Shown: piece after piece, positions 20,493-30,712 of the stretch
Position numbering within the stretch: position 1 is the stretch's first letter
Layout of the letters: the number at the start of each line of letters is the position of its first letter
DNA from: Candidatus Bathyarchaeota archaeon
GTDB taxonomy: Archaea; Thermoproteota; Bathyarchaeia; Bathyarchaeales; Bathycorpusculaceae
Reading direction: 5' to 3'
DNA: 64,000 bases
Assembly: GCA_963815095.1 (NCBI GenBank)
Contig: CAWFFH010000003.1
Location: 1,024,001 to 1,088,000 of the forward strand
Made by a program: the position numbers and the translations under genes
The notes under the pieces: model-generated
The model's input: only the letters and a program-made list of their open reading frames with translations
What the model was told of the DNA's origin: nothing
Databases searched by the model: none

Positions 20493-21653
20493 TTGAATAG
20501 GGCTTTGGTCCCACAAAATAGCACGTCCAACAATAATAAAAAAGCGATACTGCTTCTTGAAGACGGAACGTCCTTTATCGGTAAAGGTTTTGGTGCAACA
20601 GGAAAAATCTCTGGCGAAGTTGTTTTCTCGACTCAAATGGTTGGTTATCCCGAAGCGTTGACAGATCCGTCGTATAAGGGGCAGATTTTAACTTTCACTT
20701 ATCCGCTTGTAGGTAACTACGGCGTTCCATGCAACGAACAAAACCTCGGATTGCCGCTTTATTTTGAGAGCGACCACATCCAAGTTCAAGGACTCGTTAT
20801 TCATGAGCTTTGTCTTGAACCGTTCCATTGGGCATCCACAAGAACCCTCGACAAATGGTTAGCTGACGAAGGCGTCCCAGGAATCTACGGTATAGACACA
20901 AGACGCTTAACTAAGAAACTTCGCACCCACGGAGTTATGCTGGGTATAATTCAGGTTTTTGAAGCAGGCGAAGAACCCAACTTAGACGCGCTCTTAAAGA
21001 ACGGCAAAAACATCGCTGACCCCAACCTAACTGACCTTGTAAAGGAAGTTTCGGTGAAGAAGCCATGCAAATACACTGTTGAAGGCGCTAAGAAAAGTGT
21101 GGTCTTAATCGACTGTGGCGTTAAATTCAGCATCATTCGCAACCTGCTCAAAAGAGGCATCAACGTAAATCGGGTACCATATGACACATCAGCCAGCGAA
21201 ATCATGGCTTACAACCCTGACGGTGTCTTCTTAAGTAACGGTCCAGGCGACCCAAAGAAATGCACAAAAACAATCGAGGCTATCCGCGAGTTGTCTGAGA
21301 AAGTTCCACTTATGGGCATATGCCTTGGAGCGCAAATACTTGCGTTATCATTAGGCGGAGATACTTACAAACTCAAATTCGGTCATCGCGCCCAAAACCA
21401 ACCTGCCCTTGACCTAAACAGCAGTCGATGCTACATCACCACCCAAAACCACGGCTACGCCATAAACTTGGATTCACTAACAAATACGCCCTTGGAACCA
21501 TGGTTCATCAATCCCAACGACAAAACCACTGAAGGCGTAAAACACAAGTGCAAACCCGTCTTTGCGGTTCAATGGCACCCCGAAGCCTCACCAGGACCAT
21601 ACGACACCGAGTTATTGTTTGATAAATTCGCTAAAACCTTGGAGGTCAAGTAA
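20493..21653 (+). CDS. carA: Carbamoyl-phosphate synthase small subunit
   Basis: LTDPSY, SNGPGDP, GICLG, QNHG, HPEASPGP. Confidence 0.96.
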   Translation: MNRALVPQNSTSNNNKKAILLLEDGTSFIGKGFGATGKISGEVVFSTQMVGYPEALTDPSYKGQILTFTYPLVGNYGVPCNEQNLGLPLYFESDHIQVQGLVIHELCLEPFHWASTRTLDKWLADEGVPGIYGIDTRRLTKKLRTHGVMLGIIQVFEAGEEPNLDALLKNGKNIADPNLTDLVKEVSVKKPCKYTVEGAKKSVVLIDCGVKFSIIRNLLKRGINVNRVPYDTSASEIMAYNPDGVFLSNGPGDPKKCTKTIEAIRELSEKVPLMGICLGAQILALSLGGDTYKLKFGHRAQNQPALDLNSSRCYITTQNHGYAINLDSLTNTPLEPWFINPNDKTTEGVKHKCKPVFAVQWHPEASPGPYDTELLFDKFAKTLEVK

Positions 21654-21654
21654 G

Positions 21655-24600
21655 ATGCCCAAGTTCGATTGGATAAAGAAAGTTCTGGTTCTTGGCAGCG
21701 GCGCCATTAAAATCGGTGAAGCAGCTGAATTCGATTATTCAGGAAGCCAATGTTTAAAGGCTCTGCGAGAAGAGGGCATCGAAACCGTTCTCATTAACCC
21801 CAACATAGCCACCATCCAAACCGACCCCCGACTCTCAGGCAAAGTATACCTTCTCCCAGTCACTCCCGAATTTGTTGAGAAGGTCATAGTTAAAGAACGT
21901 CCAAACGGAATCCTCTTGGGCTTCGGTGGACAAACCGCGCTTAACTGCGGGTTGGAACTTGAAAAGACTGGTATCCTTCAAAAATATAATGTCAAAGTTT
22001 TAGGTACCCCCGTCCAAGCTATAGAGGACACGGGTGACCGTGAAAGATTCCGTCAAGCCATGGAAAAAGCAGGCGTGCCTTTCCTAAAAAGCCGAGCCGC
22101 TACCAGCGTAAAACAGGCGAGCGAGATTGCCGATGAAATCGGTTACCCCGTAATGGTTCGTGTAGCTTACACGTTGGGCGGTAAAGGTGCCGGTGTTGCT
22201 CACGATATCAAAGAACTTAAAGAAATTGTAACAATCGGCATTGCACAGAGCCGTATCAACCAGGTCCTCGTTGAAGAGTATGTGGGGCACTGGAAAGAAG
22301 TTGAATACGAAGTTATGCGTGACTACGCAGATAACTGCTTAACTGTCTGTAACATGGAAAATTTTGATCCCATGGGTATCCACACAGGCGACAGCATCGT
22401 TGTCGCGCCTTCACAGACCATGACTAACCGCGAATACCACCAGATCCGCTCAATATCCATAAACGCTATCCGTAGTCTCGGCATCGTTGGCGAATGCAAC
22501 ATCCAATGGGCGCTACACGCTAAATCCGAGGAATGCCGCGTCATCGAAGTCAACTCACGAATGTCCCGTAGCTCCGCTCTTGCAAGCAAAGTCACAGGAT
22601 ACCCACTTGCTTACATCGCCACAAAACTCACATTAGGCTACACCCTACCCGAACTAATCAACAAAGTCACTGAAGTCACAACCGCGTGCTTCGAACCAGC
22701 ACTCGACTACATAACCGTAAAAATCCCCCGTTGGGACTTACAGAAATTCAAGAACGCTGATCGCCATGTTGGTCCACAGATGCGTTCCGTGGGCGAAGTC
22801 ATGGCTATTGGTAGATGCTTCGAGGAAGCCCTCCAGAAAGCCGTTCGCATGCTTGATACCGGAAAAATAGGTCTCGTTTGTAACCCAGAAGACGCAGAAC
22901 CAGAAACTGAAGAGCGCCTAAGAGACGAAATGGCACATCCCACCGACGAACGTCTCTATAAGATTGCCAAAGCACTCAAAATCGGCATCTCTATAATGGA
23001 GATTTACCGCTTAAGCGGCGTAGACCCCTTCTTCCTACATAAAATTCAAAACATCATAGATATGGAAGCTCAACTTCGCACCCTAAACCTCGCCGAAGCC
23101 TCAGCGCCAGAAATAATCCGGGAAGCGAAACGCCTCGGTTTCTCAGACCAGCAAATAGCTGAATGCCAAACCACAGACGAATTCACGATTAGAGCATTTA
23201 GAAAAAACGCTAACATTATTCCTGCAATCAAACAGATTGACACGTTGGCAGCAGAGTGGCCAGCAAAAACCAATTATCTCTACATGACTTACGGTGGAGA
23301 CGAAGATGACATAGAATTAACAACCACGCAAAGCAAAGTAATTGTCCTCGGTGCAGGCGTTTTCCGTATTGGTTCTAGCGTAGAGTTCGACTGGTGCGGC
23401 GTCAACACAATCTGGGCCCTAAAGAAAAACGGCATAAAAGAAGCTATCATGGTCAACTACAACCCCGAAACCGTCTCCACAGACTATGACATCTCAGACA
23501 AACTTTACTTCGAAGAACTCACCATTGAACGGATTTTGGACATTTATGAAAAAGAAAACCCGTTGGGCGTTATAACAAGCGTGGGTGGGCAAATTCCAAA
23601 TAACCTTGCTATGACCCTCTCGAAAGCAGGCGTAAAACTGCTGGGTACATCGGCGGAGAACGTGGATTTGGCGGAAGATCGCTCGAAATTCAGCGCCCTC
23701 CTCGACCAGCTGGAAATATGCCAGCCGAGCTGGAGCAAGCTCCAATCCATCGAGGAGGCAAAACGGTTTGCACATAAAATCGGTTACCCTGTCCTTGTGC
23801 GCCCAAGCTACGTGCTATCTGGTTCAGCGATGCGAGTTGCCTACAACGAGTCCTCTCTTGAAAACTTCCTCAACTTAGCCGCTAAAGTAGGCCGCGACCA
23901 TCCCGTAGTCATCAGCAAATTCATCACACAAGCAAAAGAAGTCGAAGTAGACGGCGTTTCCGACGGAGAAAACGTGTTTATCGGTGCCATAATGGAGCAC
24001 GTTGAAAATGCGGGAGTTCACAGCGGCGACGCAACTATGACTATTCCGCCTCAAGCCCTAAAAATTGAGGTTCAAAAGAAAATCGAAGAATGCACCCAGA
24101 GCATCGTTAAGGCGCTTCAAATTCACGGGCCCTTCAATATTCAATACCTCGTCAAAGATGATGTAGTCAACGTTATCGAATGTAACCTACGGGCTTCCCG
24201 TTCTATGCCGTTTGTCAGCAAGACTCGGGGCATAAACATGATTGAGCTGGCCACTTTGGCGATGTTGGGCAAAAAAATCGATGGCGTCAAACTCTCACCA
24301 ATGTGTGTTGCACCTCATGTTGGCGTGAAGGTTCCGCAGTTCAGCTTTATGCGCTTAAGCGGTGCCGACCCAGTTTTGGGAGTAGAGATGCTCAGCACGG
24401 GCGAAGTTGCGTGTTTAGGTGAAAACTTTTCAGATGCTTTCAGCAAGGCGTTGCAGGCTGCTGAGTTTACGATTCCGCCCAAAGATGGTAATGTGTTCAT
24501 CAGTGTCGGCGGCGACGGCGCTCGAAAGGCGCGAGTTGTTCCGATTGCAAAAGCGCTGGCTGAAATGGGATTCAAAATTTACGCAACCCAACACACTGCT

Positions 24601-24930
24601 GATGTGCTCATCGCTAACGGCGTAGTTGCCACTGTGCTCTACAAGGTCAAAGATGCCCAGGTTAGCCCCAACATAATGGATTACTTGCAGGAACGCAAAA
24701 TCGACTTAGTAATCAATGTGCCCATGGCGAATAGATCCTCAAGCTTCTCAGACATCTTAACCGACGGCTACATTATCCGACGCCAAGCAGTAGAATTCAA
24801 TATACCCGTCATTACAAACCTACAACTTGCAGCCGCACTCGTCGAAGTCCTAAAAACCAAAGGCAAAAACGGCGACAGCATACGCAGCCTAAACGAATAC
24901 ATGGACGACTTACCCTGGAAACAATGGTAG
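21655..24930 (+). CDS. carB: Carbamoyl-phosphate synthase large subunit
   Basis: ATG 21655 (MPKF); IGEAAEFDYSG, duplicated ATP-grasp, MGS domain. Confidence 0.96.
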   Translation: MPKFDWIKKVLVLGSGAIKIGEAAEFDYSGSQCLKALREEGIETVLINPNIATIQTDPRLSGKVYLLPVTPEFVEKVIVKERPNGILLGFGGQTALNCGLELEKTGILQKYNVKVLGTPVQAIEDTGDRERFRQAMEKAGVPFLKSRAATSVKQASEIADEIGYPVMVRVAYTLGGKGAGVAHDIKELKEIVTIGIAQSRINQVLVEEYVGHWKEVEYEVMRDYADNCLTVCNMENFDPMGIHTGDSIVVAPSQTMTNREYHQIRSISINAIRSLGIVGECNIQWALHAKSEECRVIEVNSRMSRSSALASKVTGYPLAYIATKLTLGYTLPELINKVTEVTTACFEPALDYITVKIPRWDLQKFKNADRHVGPQMRSVGEVMAIGRCFEEALQKAVRMLDTGKIGLVCNPEDAEPETEERLRDEMAHPTDERLYKIAKALKIGISIMEIYRLSGVDPFFLHKIQNIIDMEAQLRTLNLAEASAPEIIREAKRLGFSDQQIAECQTTDEFTIRAFRKNANIIPAIKQIDTLAAEWPAKTNYLYMTYGGDEDDIELTTTQSKVIVLGAGVFRIGSSVEFDWCGVNTIWALKKNGIKEAIMVNYNPETVSTDYDISDKLYFEELTIERILDIYEKENPLGVITSVGGQIPNNLAMTLSKAGVKLLGTSAENVDLAEDRSKFSALLDQLEICQPSWSKLQSIEEAKRFAHKIGYPVLVRPSYVLSGSAMRVAYNESSLENFLNLAAKVGRDHPVVISKFITQAKEVEVDGVSDGENVFIGAIMEHVENAGVHSGDATMTIPPQALKIEVQKKIEECTQSIVKALQIHGPFNIQYLVKDDVVNVIECNLRASRSMPFVSKTRGINMIELATLAMLGKKIDGVKLSPMCVAPHVGVKVPQFSFMRLSGADPVLGVEMLSTGEVACLGENFSDAFSKALQAAEFTIPPKDGNVFISVGGDGARKARVVPIAKALAEMGFKIYATQHTADVLIANGVVATVLYKVKDAQVSPNIMDYLQERKIDLVINVPMANRSSSFSDILTDGYIIRRQAVEFNIPVITNLQLAAALVEVLKTKGKNGDSIRSLNEYMDDLPWKQW

Positions 24931-25089
24931 CCTTCGCTTCCTCTCTATCTTTCTTCAATGAACTTTATTCGGTTCTAATATTATTTCGCTGGTCATCTTA
25001 GCCCATTAAATTAAGTACAATGTTCTCAGTTTTACGCAAAAAATATATTCGTGCGCCACCTTCTCGATTGAGCATCAAGGTAACCTACT

Positions 25090-26592
25090 TTGTCTAACCA
25101 AGCTAAAACTCGGACAGTAGAAGAAATTAACCAGAAAATCCGCAAAGGCGACGCCCAAGTTTTAACCGCTGAAGAAATGAAAAAGCTGGTTGAAAGCAGC
25201 GGCGTCGAAGTTGCCTTCAAAGAAGTAGACGTTGTTACCACCGGCACTTTCGGAGCCATGTGCTCATCAGGTGCTGTGGTGAACCTTGGGCATTCTGACC
25301 CACCCATAAAGATTGAAAAGGCATGGATGAATGATGTGGAAGTTTGTCACCCCGGAGCCGCTGTGGACTTGTTTATTGGGGCTACTTGCATGTCGGACAA
25401 GTTGCCTTTCGAATACGGCGGAGGACATGTAATACAAGATCTGGTCGCGGGAAATGAGGTTGAACTCAGAGCCACCGCGTATGGGACTGACTGTTACCCG
25501 AGAACTTCAGTAAAAACAACCATAACCAAACACGATTTGAACCAGTTTTACCTGCTTAACTTCCGCAACTGCTACCAGCGCTACAACTGCGCCGTGAACA
25601 GCAGCGACGAAATCATCTACACTTACATGAGTAAACTTTTGCCCAGATTCCGAAACGCCACCTTCTCAGGCGCAGGCGAACTCAACCCACTCATGAATGA
25701 CCCTGACTATGAAACGATGGGTATGGGAACCCGAATATTCCTCGGAGGCGCTCAAGGCTACATCATAGGCGAGGGAACGCAGCATAGCCCCAAAAACCTC
25801 AACGGAACCCTGATGGTTAAAGGCGATGCAAAAAAGATGTCACCTGAATTTCTGCAAGGTGCCGCCTTCACAGGGTACGGAACGTCAATGTATGTAGGTT
25901 TAGGTATCCCAATTCCGATTCTAAACGAAGGTTTAGCAAAAAAAACTGCAATTCAGGACAAAGACATCCTAACCGACATCGTCGACTACAGTGTACCCCG
26001 ACGTGACCGCCCCAAGTTTGGGCAAGTCAGCTACAAAGAATTAAAATCAGGTTCCATCACCGTTAACGGCAAAAAAGTCCGTGTAAGCTCACTATCCAGC
26101 CTAAAAATGGCGAAAAAGGTATCTCAAACTCTAAAGTCCTGGATTGATGAAGGCAGTTTCTTGTTAACCTCGCCTGTTGAGCGGTTGCCAACAAACACAG
26201 TTTTTAAGCCCATGCGACAAACAGAGGAAATCCCGTTCGTTGTTAGCGTTATGCACCCGGCAGTTACATGCACAGAGGACGAAGAGATACAAGCCATCGC
26301 AAAACGCATCGTCACCAGATCAGTCAACCACATAGTCGTGGTGGATAGCCTGGGTAAATTGCTTGGAATCGTCACTTCATGGGACGTCACGCGGGCTATG
26401 GCGGAAGGCAAAACAGCATTAGCCGACATAGAATCCCACAACGTCGTCACCGCAAAACCTGACGAGCCATTGGAGATTGCTTCTAAACGCATGGCACAAA
26501 ACAACATCTCAGCACTGCCCGTGATTGACATAGAAAAGAAGGTGCTGGGAATAATTACTGCAGAAGATGTTTCAAAACTGTTAGGACGGTAA
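25090..26592 (+). CDS. L-aspartate semialdehyde sulfurtransferase (DUF39/COG1900 plus CBS pair; MA1821/MJ0100-like)
   Basis: VDVVTTGTFGAMCSSG signature, C-terminal CBS domains. Confidence 0.9.
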   Translation: MSNQAKTRTVEEINQKIRKGDAQVLTAEEMKKLVESSGVEVAFKEVDVVTTGTFGAMCSSGAVVNLGHSDPPIKIEKAWMNDVEVCHPGAAVDLFIGATCMSDKLPFEYGGGHVIQDLVAGNEVELRATAYGTDCYPRTSVKTTITKHDLNQFYLLNFRNCYQRYNCAVNSSDEIIYTYMSKLLPRFRNATFSGAGELNPLMNDPDYETMGMGTRIFLGGAQGYIIGEGTQHSPKNLNGTLMVKGDAKKMSPEFLQGAAFTGYGTSMYVGLGIPIPILNEGLAKKTAIQDKDILTDIVDYSVPRRDRPKFGQVSYKELKSGSITVNGKKVRVSSLSSLKMAKKVSQTLKSWIDEGSFLLTSPVERLPTNTVFKPMRQTEEIPFVVSVMHPAVTCTEDEEIQAIAKRIVTRSVNHIVVVDSLGKLLGIVTSWDVTRAMAEGKTALADIESHNVVTAKPDEPLEIASKRMAQNNISALPVIDIEKKVLGIITAEDVSKLLGR

Positions 26593-26597
26593 ATAGA

Positions 26598-27032
26598 TTG
26601 GCAAGAATTCTCATAAGGTTCGACGAAAATCAAGTTTCAGAGCCCATAGCATCCCAAATTATCATCGAACACAAGGTTCCTATGGCTATTTTGTCGGCTC
26701 ACATTAACTCGAAGGGCGGCGAAATTCTAGCCGAGGTTCCCGATGCGATGGCAGAAAAAGTTGTCAATGCTTTCCGTCAAAGAGGAGTCTCAGTAACTGT
26801 GCCAAAACTAATCGAAGTTGACAGCGACAAATGCTTCAGCTGCGGCAGCTGCATCTCGCTTTGCCCCGTAGAAGCAATCAGCTTAAACAAAGAATCCACA
26901 GTGCAGTTCGATAAGGAGAAGTGTGTGGGTAGCACCTGCAGTATCTGCGTTGATGCCTGTCCTCCCCGAGCCATAAAATCAATAAAACAAAGCAGCCTTG
27001 AAAACTCAGCTAACAGGAAAAAGAAAAGTTGA
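26598..27032 (+). CDS. NIL domain-ferredoxin (MA1822-like partner of the sulfurtransferase)
   Basis: NIL N-terminus; CFSCGSCISLCP and CVGSTCSICVDACP. Confidence 0.88.
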   Translation: MARILIRFDENQVSEPIASQIIIEHKVPMAILSAHINSKGGEILAEVPDAMAEKVVNAFRQRGVSVTVPKLIEVDSDKCFSCGSCISLCPVEAISLNKESTVQFDKEKCVGSTCSICVDACPPRAIKSIKQSSLENSANRKKKS

Positions 27033-27736
27033 CAAGGCAGCAGCTTTTCAAAGTACCCTTTTCCCATAAAGAGTCGCAGTGCACAATTATTTCTGATAAG
27101 CCAAAAGCCATTGAAGCCGCCAAAGAATCCATAAGACGCAACTATTTGGAACTTGAACTCTATGTGCGAGCCAACCCCAAATTTTTACATACATTAACTC
27201 CTATTCCGGCACCAGAAAAACCAATTGTTGCCAAGTTGATGGCATTAGCTGCCGAAAAGGCGGATGTTGGTCCAATGGCGGCAGTTGCAGGCGTCATAGC
27301 AGATCTTGCCGTAGAAGACATGCTCCGCGAGGGTTGCAAGGTGGCTGTTGTGGAGGATGGCGGCGAAATCTCCGCGGTCTCAAACCAACCCGTTGACGTG
27401 GCTGTTGCCGCAGGCGAAGAACCTCTCTCAAACCGCTTCGGCTTCAGGCTTACAGAATTCCCAATCGGCGTCGCCACAAGCTCCGGGCGCTTTAGTCATG
27501 CACTCAGTTTTGGGGATGCAGAAGCAGCGGTTGTTTTCTGCAAGAACGCCTCCTTAGCAGATGCGGCAGCTACTGCGGTTGGTAATGTTGTAAAAGGTGA
27601 GGACTCGAAAGCCGGAATTCAAGCGGGCATCATCAAGGGTTTATCGATTGAAGGTGTTGAAGGAGTACTCATAATTTATCAGGGGCAGGTTGGAACGGCT
27701 GGGAAAATTCCGCAGATGATCAAGATAGCGCCATAA
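27029..27736 (+). CDS. UPF0280/ApbE-like protein (COG2122, MA1715-like)
   Basis: GPMAAVAG, GGEI, ATSSG, SFGDA, ADAAATA. Confidence 0.88.
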   Translation: MTRQQLFKVPFSHKESQCTIISDKPKAIEAAKESIRRNYLELELYVRANPKFLHTLTPIPAPEKPIVAKLMALAAEKADVGPMAAVAGVIADLAVEDMLREGCKVAVVEDGGEISAVSNQPVDVAVAAGEEPLSNRFGFRLTEFPIGVATSSGRFSHALSFGDAEAAVVFCKNASLADAAATAVGNVVKGEDSKAGIQAGIIKGLSIEGVEGVLIIYQGQVGTAGKIPQMIKIAP

Positions 27737-27918
27737 AGAATTCGATCTTTATACACTTGTGAATTGAGAAAGTAACTTTTTAGAACCCCAAATCACGTTT
27801 GAAAGAAGAAGAAAAGGCGCAAATTTTCCAACTTTCTTCTTCTTTTAAGCTGAGTCCATGGACGATGTAGGTATATTTTAAACAAATGTCAGCTTAACCG
27901 TTAAAATTATTGTTTGTT

Positions 27919-28326
27919 TTAAGATAGACATAAGCCATCTTTATTACATAAGCTGGGGGGAAATACTTCTTGCTTTGATGCTTTAAGTTCACTTATTCTT
28001 GTTTGCACCATCTTTAGCAGTTCTTGCCTAAGCTGCTCTCCCGAAATTTCTCGCTGAATAAAACACATTCTGCCGGCTAACACATTGTCTTTTAAAGTAT
28101 CTCTTATCCAAGCCTGGAAATCACCCCTGTGATAATGAAACAAAATAGAGCTATCAACTATGCCATTCAATTTGGCTGCAAAATCCTCCAGACTAATTGC
28201 AGAAACTTTCGTGTAAACTCCCTCTGCAGTGCAAAAAAAGAAAGCCTTCTCCTCGGGCACATTTGACAAAATATTTGAAGCTTCTTGATTTGTAAGATTT
28301 TTACTCATTTCTATTCGCCTTGGCAC
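27919..28326 (-). CDS. DUF5752-like protein (likely start ATG 28308)
   Basis: KAFFF...SLEDF...SILFHYHRGDFQAWIRDTLKD. Confidence 0.7.
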   Translation of the reverse strand: MPRRIEMSKNLTNQEASNILSNVPEEKAFFFCTAEGVYTKVSAISLEDFAAKLNGIVDSSILFHYHRGDFQAWIRDTLKDNVLAGRMCFIQREISGEQLRQELLKMVQTRISELKASKQEVFPPSLCNKDGLCLS

Positions 28327-28613
28327 CCTAAACCTTCGCGAGGCTACCGTATATCCGTTTGTTGTTGGGTTTAGACAGTTACAACGGTGTTAACGGTTCT
28401 TGGCAAAAACAAGTTGTTTCAATTAATACCCTAAATATGGTCCTTAAAGCAAAAGCTTGTTTGTTGGCGCCTAATAGCAGTCACAATCTTAAAATAGATA
28501 CTGAGCTGAACTAAATATGTGAATCTTGAAACATTTTTACTCAACTAGCTTGGGTGAATAACACGATTTTAGGGTTCGGTAGATCTGTTTTTTTGGAGAG
28601 GCGTAATTGTTAG

Positions 28614-28973
28614 ATGTCGGAAAAGATTTCATTAAGGGAAATAATTGGTGCAATTCTAGGTGAGATAAAAGTCATCCTCAAAGAATATATGAATGAAGCG
28701 GAAGCTTCTATTAAGAAACGCCTCAAAAGACTCGTAATCATAAGCGTAATTGGCAGTGTTTTGATGGCTCTGGGAATTTCATTTATCGGTTCAGCTTCCC
28801 TTTTCATACTTATTGGATCGTTCAAGTACCTAAGCACCACCATGCTTGCGTGGGAAGCATTGTACATCATGGGCATCACTTCAGGTATTATAGCCGGTGT
28901 TTTCTTTTTTGGACTTTTCATCATTATACGAAATCAATTGAGATCTCCCAAAAAACCTGATAATCAAAATTAG
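28614..28973 (+). CDS. Small two-TM membrane protein
   Basis: Amphipathic N-terminus plus two hydrophobic segments. Confidence 0.65.
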   Translation: MSEKISLREIIGAILGEIKVILKEYMNEAEASIKKRLKRLVIISVIGSVLMALGISFIGSASLFILIGSFKYLSTTMLAWEALYIMGITSGIIAGVFFFGLFIIIRNQLRSPKKPDNQN

Positions 28974-29019
28974 TCACCGTGTCTTCATTTTCAGAAACTC
29001 CATTTTGCGGATTTTGCGT

Positions 29020-29955
29020 TCAAACGCAGACTTTTGACGCTTCATCTTCACTCAAATATAGTGCTGTTCTAGCAGGAATAACAAAGAGATTTTGCCCAAC
29101 CAAATTCGCTATCAATGCTGGCAAAGCAACAGGCCCCAATACAAGTTCACCAATCACAATTGCTAACGTGGAATTCTTATGACTACTTACCACACTCAAT
29201 GCAATTGCAGCTGGACGGCCAAACCTTCTACCAGAAAAATAGGCAACAACAAAAGTTGCACTTAGAATTAATAAAACAAAAAACAGAAGCAACAAAAATT
29301 CAGTCGGTCTTTGCTCAACAAAAACCGACCCAGGCGCAACAGCCCCCCAAATAAGAAATAACACAAGAGTCTGCTGAATAAGTGGACCGCGAACAACGAT
29401 TTTTTGAGTTTTTTGCGAAAGTAGTTTTCTTAAAGCCTGAGCGGCAACTAGAGGCACCACCAAAATGAAAAATAAATTTGTAAAAATTGCAGTCGAGTCT
29501 ATTTGGGCTACAGTATGCGTCACGAGCAAAATTGTAATTGGAATAGTTACAAGAGCCAAAATATTTGTCATCATACTTATGATGAGAGCTAATGGCGTAT
29601 GACCGTGGAAAACATCACACCAAAAGACAGAGGAAATCGCGGCAGGTGAACTGAATGCAATCACTAACGCGGCAAACTCTACTGGTTTAAAAAGAGATAT
29701 CCCAACAATTGAAAATAGAGGCGGCACTAAAAAGACCAAACATAAAGCAAGAAGAATAATCTTAAAATTTTTTAGTGAGTTTAAAAATTCTCTTGGCTTA
29801 AGATTGAGTGTAACAAAAAACATTATCAATGCGAGAAATATCGAAGTATAGGGGTGCCAAAGTAATCCGATTTTCGGAAGCAGCAACCCTAAAGTTACAG
29901 CAATTAAAGCTACAATTATGGAAGACAATTTTTTAATGAATTCTTTGTAATCCAC
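29020..29955 (-). CDS. Bile acid:sodium symporter (BASS) family transporter
   Basis: About 10 TM; SPAAISS and HKNSTLA motifs. Confidence 0.85.
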   Translation of the reverse strand: MDYKEFIKKLSSIIVALIAVTLGLLLPKIGLLWHPYTSIFLALIMFFVTLNLKPREFLNSLKNFKIILLALCLVFLVPPLFSIVGISLFKPVEFAALVIAFSSPAAISSVFWCDVFHGHTPLALIISMMTNILALVTIPITILLVTHTVAQIDSTAIFTNLFFILVVPLVAAQALRKLLSQKTQKIVVRGPLIQQTLVLFLIWGAVAPGSVFVEQRPTEFLLLLFFVLLILSATFVVAYFSGRRFGRPAAIALSVVSSHKNSTLAIVIGELVLGPVALPALIANLVGQNLFVIPARTALYLSEDEASKVCV

Positions 29956-30003
29956 TTTTGTAGCCTACTAATTAAGATGTATTAAGACTTAAAAAAGGTA
30001 AGT

Positions 30004-30603
30004 CTATACTGAATCCCATAAATCGGCAGCTTGTTTTTCTATCTTTGAATTCTGAAGACGTTTAATATTTGAGTTCGCTTCAATTGATAGTTTGCAAAGT
30101 ATATCGTATTTTTTCATTAGCACCTTCATATCCGTCGACCAATCCAGGCTATCTGGATAATAAGGAATTGGATAAGTTAGGTATGGACTAACATTTTTAT
30201 TATTCCAGATTGAAACTTTGTCATCATAACTTCCTGCTTTAGTTGCAACCTTATAACCATATTCTTCTAAAAGAACGCCTAATTTTCCCAGTCCTTTTCG
30301 AATTGGCTGAGCGATTATCTCAGGGGAGTTAATTCCATTTTGTGAATAAGCGGAAAGGTAATTGTGTCTATTATCTTGTGATAAATGATACCATAAAGAA
30401 TCGGGGAGGAGAAAATCAGCAACATTTTTCTGTGCATTGTCGGTAAGATCTTTTAACCTTGCCTTGAATTGCGCTAACTGGTTTTTGCCCAAACTTATAG
30501 TATTTTGAGAATCGCTAACAATATAATGCCTTGTGGTTGAATTGAACCAAATAGCAGAAAAAGCAACAGTGGCCTTTATGAATAACTGACGAGTAGCTTC
30601 CAT
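30004..30603 (-). CDS. Hypothetical protein; frame stays open upstream to about 30666
   Basis: 199-aa ORF; SD-like AGGAGG at about 30679-30684 on the minus strand. Confidence 0.6.
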   Translation of the reverse strand: MEATRQLFIKATVAFSAIWFNSTTRHYIVSDSQNTISLGKNQLAQFKARLKDLTDNAQKNVADFLLPDSLWYHLSQDNRHNYLSAYSQNGINSPEIIAQPIRKGLGKLGVLLEEYGYKVATKAGSYDDKVSIWNNKNVSPYLTYPIPYYPDSLDWSTDMKVLMKKYDILCKLSIEANSNIKRLQNSKIEKQAADLWDSV

Positions 30604-30712
30604 TTCTATTTTGTATTTCTCTAATTTTTCTTGTTCATTAGATATTGCTAAGTCAATGTTATCAATCGTTTTTCAAAGCCTCCTTAAGATTCGGTTAAAA
30701 AAAAAGAAAAAA

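Noticed and set aside
21562-21654. Extended N-terminus of carB in the ORF track (likewise hydA from 8791)
   Set aside because: Overlaps the upstream gene; the downstream ATGs (21655, 8809) have SD or coupling signals and match family N-termini
24931-25089. Short uORFs before the homocysteine operon (MNFIRF*, MFSVLRKKYIRAPPSR*)
   Set aside because: Not Met/Cys-rich and no linked hairpin, unlike the aromatic leader
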